NCBI GenBank assembly: GCA_030390025.1
Contig: JASTWF010000033.1
Location: 5,024,001-5,088,000, forward strand
Length of the DNA: 64,000 nucleotides
Reading direction: 5' to 3'
DNA from: Squalus acanthias
Taxonomy: Eukaryota
In this document: positions 25,530-38,177 of the stretch, one piece after another
Position numbering within the stretch: position 1 is the first letter of the stretch
Layout of the letters: the number at the start of each line of letters is the position of its first letter
Notes under the pieces: generated by a model
The model's database searches: none
Told to the model about the DNA's origin: nothing
The model's input: only the letters and a program-made list of their open reading frames with translations
Made by a program: the position numbers and the translations under genes

Positions 25530-27412
25530 GGTTTAAGCCCTGTTTTCTCCCATTCTCCAGTCTCTTCCCACCTACATCCGCGACTCTTCCAACACGCTCC
25601 GCCATTTTAACAGTTTCCAGTTTCCTGGACCCAACCGCCTCCTTTTCACTGTGGATGTTCAATCCCTCTACACCTCCATTCCCCACCAGGATGGCCTGAG
25701 GGCGCTCCGCTTCTTCATTGAACAGAGACCCAACCAGTCCCCATCCACCACCACCCACCTCCGCCTGGCTGAACTTGTTCTCATATTGAACAACTTCTCC
25801 TTTTACTCCACTCATTTCTTCCAAATCAAAGGTGTTGCTATGTGAACCCGCATGGGTCCCAGCTATGCCTGCCTTTTCGTGGGATATGTGGAACATTATT
25901 TGTTCCAGTCCTACTCAAGTCCCCTCCCTCACCTCTTTTTCCGGTACATTCATGATTGTATTGGTGCCGTTTCCTGCTCTCGCCCTGAACTTTCATTCAC
26001 TTTGCTTTCAATTTCCACCATTCCCTCACCTTCACCTGGTCCATCTCCGACTCTTCCCTTCACTTCCTAGACTTCTTCGTCTCCATCTCTGTGGATAGGT
26101 TATTGACAAACATTCACCACAAGCCCACTCAATCCCACAGCTACCTGGACTGCACTTCCTCCCACCCCGCCTCCTGTACGGACTCTATTCCCTTCTCCCA
26201 GTTTCTCCATCTCCGCTTCATCTGCTCTGACGATGCCACCTTCCATACCAGTGCTTCCGACATGTATTCCTTTTTCCCCAATCTAGGATTCCCCTCTACT
26301 GTGTTTGGCACGGCCTTTGACCGTGTCCGTTCTATCTCCCGCACTTCTGCCCTCACCTCTTCCCCTCCCTCCCTGAACCACGATAGGGTTCCCCTTGTCC
26401 TCACCTTTCACGCCACCAGCCTCCACATTCAACGGATCACCCTCTGCCATTTCCGCCACCTCCAGTGTGATCCCACTACCAAACACATCTTCCACTCACC
26501 TCCCCTTTCAGCATTCCGTAGGGACCACTCCCTCCGCGACACCCAAGACCACTCCTCTACCACCGCCAGCACCCCTTCCCCTTCGACCGGCACCTTCCCG
26601 TGCAAGCGCAGGAGATGCAGCACATGCCCTTATACCTCCCCCCCTTCCCACTGTCCAGGGCCCCAAACACCCCTTCCAGGTGAAACAGCGATTTACTTGT
26701 ACTTCCTGCAATTTAGTATCCTGTATTCGCTGCTGACGATGTGGTCTCCTCTACATTGGGGAGATCAAACGCAGATTGGGTGACCACTTTGCGGAACATC
26801 TCTGTTCAGTCCGTAAGGGGGACCCCAAGCTCCCAGTCGCCTGTCACTTTCATTCTTCGCACCACTCCCACTCAGACCTCACCGTCCTCGGTCTCTTGCA
26901 TTGTTCAACTGAAGCTCAGTGCAAGCTCGAGGAACAGCACCTCATCATTCGATTAGGCACTTTACAGCCACCTGGACTCAAATAGAGTTCAACAATTTCA
27001 GATCATAACCTCGGCCCCTGTCATATATATATTTTTCATCCAGACGTTGTGTCTGTGCGTTTTCTTCTTCTCTCCCACATGGCAGCTGTCTTTTATTCTG
27101 CCAGCGCGATTCACACTTCATCGAGAGCCATCCTTTGTTTCTTAACCTGTCCCATTACCATCTCCTTTTGCCTTGAATATCTCTTAATGTCTCTTAACCT
27201 CTCCTGCCTTCTATCCTATCACAGACCTTCCCTTTTGTTCTTTCATCCACTCCCCCCTTTCCCAGCCCCTTGCATTTGCTTAAAAATCTGTTCCATTTCT
27301 GCTTTTTTTCCTGTTCTGACGAAATGTCATCGACCTGAAACGTTAACTCTGTTTCTCTCTTCACAGATGCTGATTGACCTGCTGAGTATCTCCAGCATTT
27401 TCTGTTTTTAAT
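25530..27412 (+). mobile_element. Penelope-like element (RT + GIY-YIG, frameshifted)
   Basis: MDVQSLYTSIPH, FFQIKGVAM, MGPSYACLF, FFRYIHD, YIGEIKRRLGDHFAEHL; the empty site is visible in the paralogous spacer at ~36445. Confidence 0.92.
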
Positions 27413-27714
27413 TTATGTTAGTTTTTAATTCCTGATGTGCAGTCGCGAGAATCTTTTAAATGGCTCCGAACAGTTAACTTCCCCACTAACATCAGGGTAA
27501 ATGTTCCAGCATCTTAAACCTGGGAAATGTGCTTTGACCGCCTCTGGTCAGTCGGGCAGTTCAGCCCTTCATTCTCCTCTCATTCCGTTTCCCAAAGCTT
27601 TTGTATTGATTCTAAAACTGCTAAATGTGTTTTCTTGTTTGGTTCTTTTCGATGTTTCCCGCTCCCAAGTGTCACTATTTCCAAATGTCGTCGCAATCCT
27701 CCGCCTTAAATCAT

Positions 27715-28175
27715 GTCCAGGGATGAGGGTCTTCAGTGATGTGGAGAGGCTGGAGAAGCTGCTATTTCTCCTTATGCCACAGTAGGTTAATGGGAGATTT
27801 AATAGATGTGTTCACAATGATGGGGCGGGTGGGGGGCGTTGATAAAGCAGACAGGGATAAACTGTTTCCACTGACAGGAGAGTCGGTTACAAGAGGACAC
27901 AGATTTAAGATAATCGGTAAAACAATAAGCCCGGAATAGGCGAGGCGAATTTTTTTAGGCAGCGAGTTGTTATGATCTGGAATGCACTGTTTGAAAGGCC
28001 GGTGGAAGCTGATTCAATAGTATCTTTCAAAAGGGAAGATGAAAAAGAAAAGCATTGCAGGGCTGAGAGTAAAGAGCTGAGGAGTGGGACTAATTGGAAA
28101 GCTCTTTCAAAGAGGCGGCACAGGCACGATGGGCCAATGGCCTCCTTTAGTGCTGTATGATTCTATGATTCTATG
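27715..28175 (+). mobile_element. CR1 3' fragment
   Basis: GDLIDVF..LFPLTGESVTRGH, MIWNAL; (ATGATTCT)n tail. Confidence 0.85.
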
Positions 28176-28381
28176 TCCCATCGTTGACAGCAGCCCCTAC
28201 CCGCGGGAAGCGTTTCCCCACCTCTCCCGTGTGTGAGCTGTAAAATGCAGTGGAGGAGATGGATTGAGAGCTTTTCGTGTGGGACACAAGTGATGTTGTT
28301 TAAGGCAAACCAACACATTCCCGATCAGCACAGAGGGAGTTCACTGGTGAGGTCCCCTCTGCTGTCTCTGTAATGTCAGCG

Positions 28382-28454
28382 GGTTCCGTAGTGTAGTGGT
28401 TATCACGTTCGATTTACATGCGAAACATCTTCGGTTTGATCCCGGTTGGATTCA
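28382..28454 (+). pseudogene. tRNA-Val(TAC) pseudogene
   Basis: GGTTCCGTAGTGTAGTGGTTATCACGTTCGATTTACATGCGAA; T-arm degenerate. Confidence 0.8.
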
Positions 28455-28832
28455 TTATGTTTCAACTTGCTGTGGATTAACATCGAGAGGCGAGTTTATT
28501 CTCCTGTCAAAATGGCTGCAGTGGCTGGTCCCTTATTATTTAACTGCTCTTTATTTCACTTCATTCATAGATAAACTTTGAGTGAGAGGAGACTGATTCA
28601 CAATGACGCACATTACATCTTTTGTTCCCTTGGGAAACTCCGACTCCTTCCCGAGTAAAGTTCAGAAATGTGTTCCTTAATCTGCATGGTGGCCGTCAGT
28701 AAGAAGCCTTTTCTGTCTGGATCCGGGATTGGAGCTGGTTTCAGGCTGAAGATTGCCGACTCAGTCGATAGAATTGTGGTGGGTAAGGGTATTAATGGCT
28801 GGGGAACCTAAGCGGGTAGATGGAGTTAAGAT

Positions 28833-30900
28833 AATAAGAACATAAGAACATAAGAAATAGGAGCAGGAGTAGGCCAATCGGCCCCTCGAGCCTGCTCCGC
28901 CATTCAATAAGATCATGGCTGATCTGATCCTAACCGCCAATCTATTATCTATCACAGAACCATCTCCTGCATCTAACAGAATTGCACACACGAAATAGGA
29001 GCAGAATCAGGCTACACGGTCCCTGGGCCCGCTCCACTACCCACAGGGTCATGACCGATCCGAACCTAGACTCATGTCCAAATTCCTGCCCGCTCCCCGT
29101 AACCCTTAATGCCGTTTATTTGTAGGAAACTGTCTATTTCTGTTTTAAATTTATTTAATGATGTAGCTTCTACAGCTTTTTGTGGCAGCATATTCCATGG
29201 ACCTACCACCCTCTGAGTGAAGTAGTTCCTCCTCATCTCAGTTTTGAAAGAGCAGCCCCTTATTCTAAGACTATGTCCCCTAGTTCTAGTCTCACCCGTC
29301 ATCGGGAACATCCTCCCCGCATCCACCCAATCCAACCCCTTCACAATCTTATATGTTTCAATAAGATCGCCTCTCATTCTTCTGAACTCCAATGAGTAGA
29401 GTCCCAATCTACACAACCTCTCCTCATATGACCACCCCCTCATCCCCGGGATTAACCGAGTGAACCTTTTTTGCACTGCCTCGAGAGCAAGGATGTCTTT
29501 CCTTAAGTAAGGACACCAAAACTGTATGCAGTATTCCAGGTGCGGTCTCACCAATACCTTGTACAACTGAAGCAGTACCTCCCTATTTTTATATTCTATC
29601 CCCCTAGCAATGAAAGCCAACATTCCATTTGCCTTCTTAATCACTTGCTGCACCTGCATACTAACCTTTTGAGTTTCGTGCACCAGGACCCCCAGATCCC
29701 TTTGCACTTCAGTACTCTCCAGTTTCTTGCCATTAAGATAATAAATTGCTCTAGGATTTTTCCTGCCAAAGTGCATCACCTCACACTTTCCAGTGTTGTA
29801 TTCCATCTGCCAAATCTCTGCCCACTTACTTAGCCTGTCTATGTCCCCTTGCAGGTTTTTTATGTCCTCCTCACTCACTACTTTCCCTCCCATCTTTGTA
29901 TCATCTGCAAATTTTGATATGTTACACTTGGTCCCTTCCTCCAAATCGTTAATATAGATTGTAAAGAGCTGGGGACCCAGCACTGACCCCTGTGGAACAC
30001 CACTAGTTACTGCTGGCCAGTCTGAGAATGAACCATTTATCCCAACTGTTTGCTTTCTGTTAGATAGCCAATCCTCTATCCATGCCAAAATATTACCCCC
30101 AATCCCGTGATTTTTTACCTTAAGCAATAATCTTTTGTGTGGCACCTTGTCAAATGCCTTTTGGAAGTCTAAATACACTATGTCCACTGGTTCCCCTTTA
30201 TCCACTCTATATGTTACTTCCTCAAAGAACTCCAGCAAATTTGTCAAACATGACTTCCCCTTCGTAAAACCATGCTGACTTTGTCCTATTAAATTATGAT
30301 TATCCAAATGTCCTGTTACTGTTTCCTTAATAATGGACTCCAAAATTTTACCTACCACAGATGTTAGGCTAACCGATCTATAGTTACCAGCCTTCTGTCT
30401 ACTGCCCTTTTTAAATAAGGGTGTTACATTAGCAGTTTTCCAGTCTGCCGGGACCTTAGCGGAATCCAGGGAGTTTTGAAAAATTATTACCAATGCATCT
30501 ACAATCCCTACCGCCACTTCCTTCAAGACTCTAGGATGTAAGCCATCAGGTCCAGGTGATTTATCCGCCTTGAGTCCCATTATTTTACCGAGTACCACTT
30601 CCTTAGTAATTTTGATCGTGTTTAGCTCCTCTCCCCCTATAGCCCCCTGTTTGTCCAGTGTTGGGATATTCTTAGTGTCCTCTACTGTAAAGACTGATAC
30701 AAAATATTCATTCAGTGTTTTTGCCATCTCCATATTTCCCACCATTAATTTCCCGGTCTCATCCTCTAAGGGACCAATATTTACTTTAGCCACCCTTCTT
30801 CTTTTTATATAACTATAAAAACTCTTACTATCTGTTTTTATATTTTTTGCTAATTTACTTTCATAATCTATCTTCCCTTTCTTAATCAATCTTTTTGTTA
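28833..30900 (-). mobile_element. Young 5'-truncated CR1, open 605-aa RT/C-terminal frame (29072-30889)
   Basis: Uninterrupted ORF nearly identical to the C-terminal part of 58090-61041; sits inside an older plus-strand CR1 3' UTR (28785-28832 / 30901-30958). Confidence 0.97.
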
Positions 30901-30995
30901 TGATCTAACTGATTGGCGTACAGGCTCCTGGGGCTGAATGGACTCCTCCTATCCCTATTGAGTCGCTGCAATGCAATGCACCCCAGTGCTGGAGG

Positions 30996-31069
30996 GTTTC
31001 CGGTGTGTAGTGGTTATCGCTAGTCCGCTAACACACGAAATCTCAACGGTTCGATAGTGGGTAGAGACA
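30996..31069 (+). pseudogene. tRNA-Val(AAC) pseudogene
   Basis: GTTTCCGGTGTGTAGTGGTTATC...CTAACAC...GGTTCGA...GAGACA. Confidence 0.75.
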
Positions 31070-31462
31070 ATCTGATGCCTTTTCTCCATTCAAGTTTAAT
31101 AAATATGAAAACTGCAATAATTTACATGTTTGGTTAAGTATAAATAAAATACGCATTGACAGGCGGATTATGCCATTCAAATGGCAAAGCTACAGTGAGT
31201 GAAATAATTCTCAATGATATTTCCCATATAGGACACAGTTTTGGTTGTGGACTATGAGTTCTTTATCGGGAAAGTTAGCGCGGATTTAGGGAATCTCGCC
31301 CTCACGTGTCGCTACTGAAGAGGTGGACTTATTTTAGGTAAAAATTGAGGCTCGGAACCTTCTCATTGAGAATTTGGGATCAGAACAACACAGATTTATA
31401 GGAAAACACAGGGTCAGCGACAGGATTCGAATTACAATTGGAATCGGTCTGGGTGTCCTTTT

Positions 31463-31548
31463 AGAAAGTTAGTCGAGGGACGTGATTCTCGTTTCGGGAA
31501 TGTTGGTTGAATTTTGCGAGGTGCCGGGTTCAAATCCCGGACGAGCCC
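31463..31548 (+). pseudogene. tRNA-Pro(CGG) pseudogene with 16-nt insert after position 37
   Basis: TGATTCTCGTTTCGGG [AATGTTGGTTGAATTT] TGCGAGGTGCCGGGTTCAAATCCCGGACGAGCCC; 5' acceptor strand lost. Confidence 0.85.
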
Positions 31549-32375
31549 GAGATTTGAACTTGAAGTTGAAACTTATAACAAGAAAGACTTGCCTTTCTAC
31601 AGCGCATTGTACCCACTCAGGCTGTCACAAAGTGCTTTACAGCCATTGAAGTACCTTTGAAGTGTTGTAATGTGGGGAAAGGTGTGCCCAATTCATCTCA
31701 CACAAATCTCAACTCTTCGGGCAAGAGTTCGGTGCAAATAATCAGGCGCTTCAATGATGTGGACTTTCTTTGAATGAGTTCTGCTTGTAACTGCACTCGA
31801 CCTTGACACAGCACCTGGGCTTCCATCTCACGGGAGCACAGTGTGGTCGATGTGTAGCGGTTCGCGAGTAGGTGAAGAGGTTGGGGTTCAGATTCGTCGC
31901 TTTCAATCTTTGAAATTTCACCAAGGGCCAGAGGAAAGAAACGTGAATGGAACTGTCCCTGTGAGCGATGGATTGAAGGGAACGTCGCTCCAAGCACAGC
32001 TGGAAAACAGGCATTGCAGTGATAGAGTTCGCATCATTAAATGTCAGAGTTAATAATCATACAATAATTAAACATACACTTAACACCAGTATTTACGACA
32101 AAAACCTGCGAGTTTTAGCCGGAGAACTCTAACATGTGATAGTTCCGAGCTCTATATGGAGGTGGGATTTCGAAAACTCGCCTCCAAAAGAGCGGGCACT
32201 CGTACGATGGGCCGAATGGTTTGCTCTGCTTACACAGAACGCATGCGCAGGATAACTGGAATACTATTTATTCTCGACCCGAAATCTTCTCTCAGCATTT
32301 ACGGAGGACAAGAATGAGTGAAACTTTCTCTGGGCCTCTGGGGAAATTCAGGCACATTGAAGGCCTGTCCCATGC

Positions 32376-32458
32376 GTGAGGGTGGCCGAGAGGTTTCAGG
32401 TGCTGCGCTTCGATCGCAATATTCCCTGATGGCCTGGCTTCGAAAATCATTTCTGACA
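32376..32458 (+). pseudogene. tRNA-Leu (CAG-type body) pseudogene
   Basis: 83 nt: GTGAGGGTGGCCGAGAGG...GCTGCG...TCGCA...TTCGAA...CTGACA aligns with vertebrate tRNA-Leu(CAG). Confidence 0.7.
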
Positions 32459-32589
32459 TACAGTTCTTCTCACTTTTACGAGCAATTATATCTTGTGGAA
32501 ATAGCAGAAGCTGATTTTTAAACCCAGTTCATTCGTTCCTGTCATAAAACTCACCCCACCTCCATCCACCGCATGTTGTGACGTCACAA

Positions 32590-33977
32590 TTCAAAAAGTG
32601 ATGCAGACAAGAGGAAGCAGCTGATTGGGTGAGTACGGCCAGGTGAGTATTTATACTACTCGGTAGTTTGACAGTTAAGTTTAGTAGTTTATCAAGATTC
32701 GAAGGCCCTAATTTTTGTGGTTGTAGTTTCTAATGTCTCTATTGTGTAGCAGGGAGTGCTAGTATACAAGGGCCCTTCAGTATATCATTTAATTTTAGTG
32801 TAATTTGTGGTATTGATTTGAGTTAATTTAAATTAATTAAAGGATAAGTCATGGCAGCACAGTTCAGCCCCGTGGCATGCTCCTGCTGCACTATGTGGAA
32901 AATCGGGGACACTTCCTGTGTCCCTGTTGACCATTTGTGCGGGAAGTGTATACGGCTGCAGCTACTGGCAGACCGCATTGCGGCGCTGGAGCTGTGAATG
33001 GATGCATACCGGAACATTCGCGATGCTGAAGATATCGTGGATAGCAAGTTTAGGGAGTTGATCACACCGCAGGTAAAGGCTGCCCAGGCAGGAAGGGAAT
33101 GGGTGACCACCAGGCTGAGTAGTCGGCGCACGCAGGTAGTGCAGGGGTCCCCTGTGGACATCCCCCTCTGAAACAGATATACCACTTTGGATATTGTTGT
33201 GGGAGATGGCTTATCGGGGGAAGGCAGCAGCAGCCAACTTCCTGACACCATGGATGGCTCTGCTGCACAGGACGGGAGGAAAAAGAGAGGGAGATCTATA
33301 GTGATAGGGGATTCTATTGTCAGGGGAATAGATAGGCATTTCTGTGGCCACAAAAGAGACTCTAGGATGGTATGTTGCCTCCCTGGTGCAAGGGTCAAGG
33401 ATGTCTCGGAGCGGTTGCAGGGCATTCTGGAGGGTGAGGGAGAACAGACACTTGTCGTGGTGCATATAGGTACCAACGATATCGGTAAAGAACGGGATGT
33501 GGTCCTAAAAGCTGAATATAGGGAGTTAGGAGGTAAATTAAAAAATAGGACCTCAAAGGTAGTAATCTCAGGATTTCTACCGGTGCCACATGCTAGTCAG
33601 GGTAGAAATAGAAGGATATTTCAGATGAATACGTGGCGAGAGGAATGGTACAAGGGGGAGGGATTCAAATTCCTGGGACATTGGAACCGGTTCTTGGGGA
33701 GGTGGGACCAGTACAAACCGGGCAGTCTACACCTGGGCAGGACCGGGACCGATGTCCTCGGGGGAGTGTTTGCGAGTGCTGTTAGGGAGGGTTTAAACTA
33801 AAATAGCAGGGGGTTGGAAACATGTGTAGGGAAACAGAGGTAAAGGAAGCAAGGATAGAAACAAAAGACAGGAAGGAGTAAAGCAAAAGTGGAAGGTCAG
33901 CCATGATCTCATTAAATGGCGGAGCAGGCTCGACGGGCCGAATGGCCTACTCCTGCTCCTATCTTCTATGCTTCTAT
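32590..33977 (+). mobile_element. CR1 derivative: 5' UTR + ORF1 (32851-33801, internal stops) joined directly to the 3' UTR; ORF2 absent
   Basis: MAAQFSPVACSCCTMW..LCGKC, VIGDSIVRG, VHIGTND, LHL (SGNH esterase); junction to CAGCCATGATCTC..tail at ~33897. Confidence 0.9.
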
Positions 33978-34159
33978 ACCGCACCAAGAGCCGATCACAC
34001 ATCTCCTGAATGCACTAACCTACAATGACACGCTGGCCTCTCAATGCCCCAAAATTCAAATTCACATCCTGGGATTTAAATCTTTTCATGATATCCTCCC
34101 TCCCTATATATTTTACCTTCACCGGCGCTACAATACCCCACCCACGCTCTCAGTTACTA

Positions 34160-34800
34160 GCTTGCTGAGGGAAGCTAGGGTGCAGATAGCAGAGGCTCTG
34201 ACCACAATATTTGACTCCTCCTTGGATCGAAGTGTGGAGTGGTGCCAGATTGCAAATGTTACACACTAATTCATAAAATGGGCGAGGGATAAGCCTTAAA
34301 CCACAGGACAATCAGTCTGATGTCAGCGGTGGGAAAACTATTCGAGTCCATTGCCAAGTTTTGCATCTGTTGCACACTTCGAAATTGTACTCCCTAAAGC
34401 CAAGTCCAGACCACGTATACTTAACAAGTAAAGTAATGATCCTAATTAATTGTCAAATTAATTCTCACTTGGAGAAGCATACCGGACAGCCAGCATGGAT
34501 TTGTTAAAGGGAAATCGTGCCTGATCTATCTGATTGAGTTCTTTGAAGACCTAACATAAGGTGTTGATGGAGGGGTGGGGGAGTGGATGTTGAATCTATG
34601 GACTTTCAAAAGGCACTTGATTAAAATACCACGAGCAGACTTACTCTGAGAATAGAAGTACATTGATGAAAGGCACGGTGGTAACTTGGGTTTGTAATTG
34701 GCTAAGGGATAGAAGGCAGATGTAGTGGTGAACGGATGTTTTTTCTGACTGGAGAGATGTGGGCTCCCCCAAGGGTTGCTGTCAGTATTTAGGACAATTG
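34160..34800 (+). mobile_element. Decayed CR1 RT fragments
   Basis: IAEALTTIF, CAGCATGGATTTGTTAAAGGGAAATCGTG and GACTTTCAAAAGGC motifs. Confidence 0.7.
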
Positions 34801-35372
34801 CTTTCCTTGTCACTTTTGGTAACATATCTTAATAGCTCTCTCTTTGGATTTGGCTTTCATATTTTTGATTCCAACTCTATTGGGAGATCCCCTGGAACTG
34901 CGGAGCGGGGCATGGTTTATCAAGCTGTGTGGAACACTTCACAGAATATGTGTGTTCGTGTCTGCTTGTTGCATTAATTAAATGAGGACATCAGGCGATT
35001 CTCGGCCTGACACTGGGGAACTAGTGAGACAGACTTTAGGGCAAGGTTCTGGTTATTGTGAAAAGACAAAACAAACATGGGCCTTGAAATTGCAATCGGA
35101 GGCTTGCCGCCCGTATACGCCTCCGAACCGCAAGAAAACTACGTACGTACCTTGTGTCTCCGGAGCTTTGGACTATAAAGGTCCTGAATCCCCATAAGCA
35201 TCAAGGAATCTCCCTTTGTCATTGTTTGGCCTGGCCCACGTGATCCCAGGTACGCTTCCAAACCGGGACCTGTGGGCATTTACGCAGTCGGACGCCTGCA
35301 GTCCCAGTACCGGAAGAGTCCGAAGTTCCGGAGACACCAGGTCACTTCTTATTTTTTTTGTTTCGGAGGCAT

Positions 35373-35760
35373 AAGACTTGCATTTCTACAGCAGCTTTCC
35401 CCACCACTGGACATCTCAAAGCGGTTTACAGCCAATGAAGTACTTTTTGAAGTGGAGTCACTGTTGTAATGTAGGAAAAGCGGCAGCCAATTTTTGCACA
35501 GCAAGCTCCCACAAACAGCAATGTGACAATTATCAGATCATCTGTTTTTCTTATGTTGTTTGAGCGATAAATATTGGCCCAGGACACCGGGGGTAAATCC
35601 CCTGGACGTCTTTTAAATAATACCATGGAATCTTTTACATCCCCCTGATAGAGCAAACTGCGCCACGGTTTAACGTCTCATTCAAAAGACGGCACCTCCG
35701 CCACTGCAGCGCTCCCTCAGTACTTCACTGGAGTGTCTACCTAGATGTGTGTGTTCAAGC
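35373..35760 (-). mobile_element. DeuSINE-like SINE (SacSINE1/AmnSINE1-type central domain)
   Basis: Reverse complement contains GGAGGTGCCGTCTTTTGAATGAGACGTTAAACCG and GATGTAAAAGATTCCATGG; a 3' fragment also lies at ~31580-31700. Confidence 0.75.
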
Positions 35761-36086
35761 CAACAATTAAATGTAGCCTCACACGGTAAAACGACGTGTT
35801 CCCGTTCAATATATGGATCATAGAATGAATTTTCATTTGTTTATTTAAATCCCATAAAATTAAATTTATTTCCAAAGAGTTGGAAACAGGAATATGATCC
35901 ATCTACATTTAGTCATCATTTTACGTGAAATAAATACTCGTAAAAGTATTGGAGTGGGAACTCAGTGGATAACAGCACCCCTGGCAATGTTTGTGGAATA
36001 TTTTCTTGCAGCCAAAGCGCACATTAACAACCTGGAAGTGTGTGGGACTGAATCCGCAGGGGGAAAAAAAAAACAGTTACAGACTT

Positions 36087-36160
36087 CGTCCCTGGGTGGA
36101 GTCGAACCACCAAACTTTCGAGTTAACAGCCGAACGCGCTAAACAACTGCGCCACAGCAA
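36087..36160 (-). pseudogene. tRNA-Asn(GTT) pseudogene
   Basis: Reverse complement CTGTGGCGCAGTTGTTTAGCGCGTTCGGCTGTTAACTCGAAAGTTTGGTGGTTCGACTCCACCCAGGGACG; 5' end mismatched, 1-nt insertion. Confidence 0.88.
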
Positions 36161-36684
36161 AAGATGCAAACCCCTTTTGCAACGCATCCCAAACCAGGGT
36201 GTCAGTGAGTTAAAGATTCAGATTGCTCCGATCAGGATGGAACTTGTCCACTATCAGTTTTACTTTTCAAAAATAAAGGGTGCGACATTGATTGTGTATA
36301 CCTGGCAACAGTCTGGTCTCGCTCACTGCTGACACATCCATATCACCGTCAACCAGCTTTCCCGCAACAGGCGCGGTCTCCCTTCGAGCCTTTCGGTGCC
36401 TTGTCTGTGAAGAAGTATTCTGATTGTCCAGATGCCGGTATTATGTTTTAATTCCTGATCTGCATTAACGAGAATCTTTTATATTGCTCTGATAAGTTAA
36501 CTTCCCCGCTAACATCAGAGTAAATGTTCCAGTATCTTAAACCAGGGAAAGGTGCATTGACCGCTTCTGGTCAGTCAGGCAATTCAGCCCTTCATTTTCC
36601 TCTCATTCCGTTTCCCAAAGCGTTTCCAAAGATTCACAAAACTGCTAACTGTGTTTCGTTTTTTGGTTCATTCTGATTTCCTGC

Positions 36685-36765
36685 TTCAGGCTGGTGGAGC
36701 GGTCTAAGGCGCTGGATTTAGATTATAGATTGCTCTGGCCGTGGGTTAGAATTCCACTTCTGCCA
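36685..36765 (+). pseudogene. tRNA-Leu(TAG) pseudogene
   Basis: GAGCGGTCTAAGGCGCTGGATTTAG...CGTGGGTTAGAATTCCAC..TGCCA; downstream flank resembles that of 32376-32458. Confidence 0.8.
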
Positions 36766-37697
36766 TACGGTTCATTTCAATTTTAGTGCAATTATATCTT
36801 GTGGAATTAGCTACAACTTCTTTTTCAGCCCAGTTTATTTGTCATTCGGTAAAGCGATACAAACTACATTTCCTTGCCTTCTGTAAAATGCCAGCTGTTT
36901 CAACAAAGCCAGCAGGAAATGACTAGCACTTTCTGTCAACATGTAGAACGAGACACTTTCAATGTTTACATGCCCACATTTAACGCAGCTCACAGTGTCA
37001 GAACAGTCAACCTTATCACTAGCCTTCCATGTATCTTGTTGAACTGCATCTCCCCAACAACCTTAGCTTATCACAGCACGGCTATCAATCAATTCATTGC
37101 CAGTGTGAAAAATGCACCATCTGAAACTTAGCAACGTGTGCAAGACTGGAATCAGAGAGTGTCTGGGCCGTGGGCAGTGATAACTTATACTGAGCATTAA
37201 GATATTCATTAGTCCTGAGCTCTTCCTGTATTGCTCAGTAGCCCACTGAGTGAGGAACTAAGAGACCACAGGCCGGGGATGGAGCCTGGGCATTTTCAGT
37301 TCTGTGTGGGGCTCAACAACTTACCTGCTGCTGAAGATTGAACTTGACATAATTTCAGCAGCTCGGGATCAGTGCGGCTTAGTTGGAGTTCAACCAGTCG
37401 CACCCTTCACAACCCATCAGTGCCGAGAAAACAACGGAGAATTTTATACATGTGTTGTGTTCTGTAACTTTATATGAACATTTCAGTTTATTTCACGCTG
37501 TGACCAACACTGTGAGGATCCCACTGGTGTATCATCTTCGTATCTTTATCAGCACTCCAGCTTTACATTAACACAACCTGAGCTCCGCGATCTGGTCGGG
37601 TCCCATGCTCTGAAGTGAGGAATGAGCGGGAGTGGCAATTCCACCCGGGGTTAGAAAATCCTCCAAAATCATGACACAATATTTAGTTTACTGCGCA

Positions 37698-37771
37698 GCC
37701 GCAATAGCTCAGTTGGGACAACGTTAGACTGACAGATCTAAAGGTCCTTGTTTAAATCCCAGGTTTTGGTT
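37698..37771 (+). pseudogene. tRNA-Phe(GAA) pseudogene
   Basis: GCCGCAATAGCTCAGTTGGGACAACGTTAGACTGACAGATCTAAAGGTCC; 1-nt insertion in the anticodon. Confidence 0.88.
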
Positions 37772-38177
37772 ACTTTGCGTCTCCTTCATTATAAGAGGAG
37801 AGAATCAGGAGAGATTTTCCGTTCCTGAACCCGCATCTCCGAATCGAATGGGTGTGAAACCGCATCTGATCCTCTGGATCTTGCTCCAGCCCCCCGCTGC
37901 GGGTGTGAAGCCGGCTCATTTTATACCGGGACAGTGTTTGATGGAGGTGATGTTCAGCGGTGGTGGAATAATAATTTTCAGAATAAAGTTTGGTAAATTA
38001 AAGAGCTCTTTTTTCTGTTACTTTCGATTTAAACTCTGCCCAGTTGTATATATGAACAGTTAACAATGTTTAAGCGATGTGCTGTGTTCAATATTTTTAC
38101 AGTAACTCTGTCACCCAGTGTGAGCCTGAATTACAATCCCCCAGCCTGGGCTCGAACTCATCCACTGGGCACTTTGT

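Noticed and set aside
31408..31432. Minus-strand TTCGAATCCTGTCGCTGAC as a tRNA-Ser 3' end
   Set aside because: Too short; no matching 5' half seen.
34880..35345. Possible third MITE relative (shares CACGTGATCCCA..GTACGCT with ~53330)
   Set aside because: No TIRs or TSD found; the similarity is too short.
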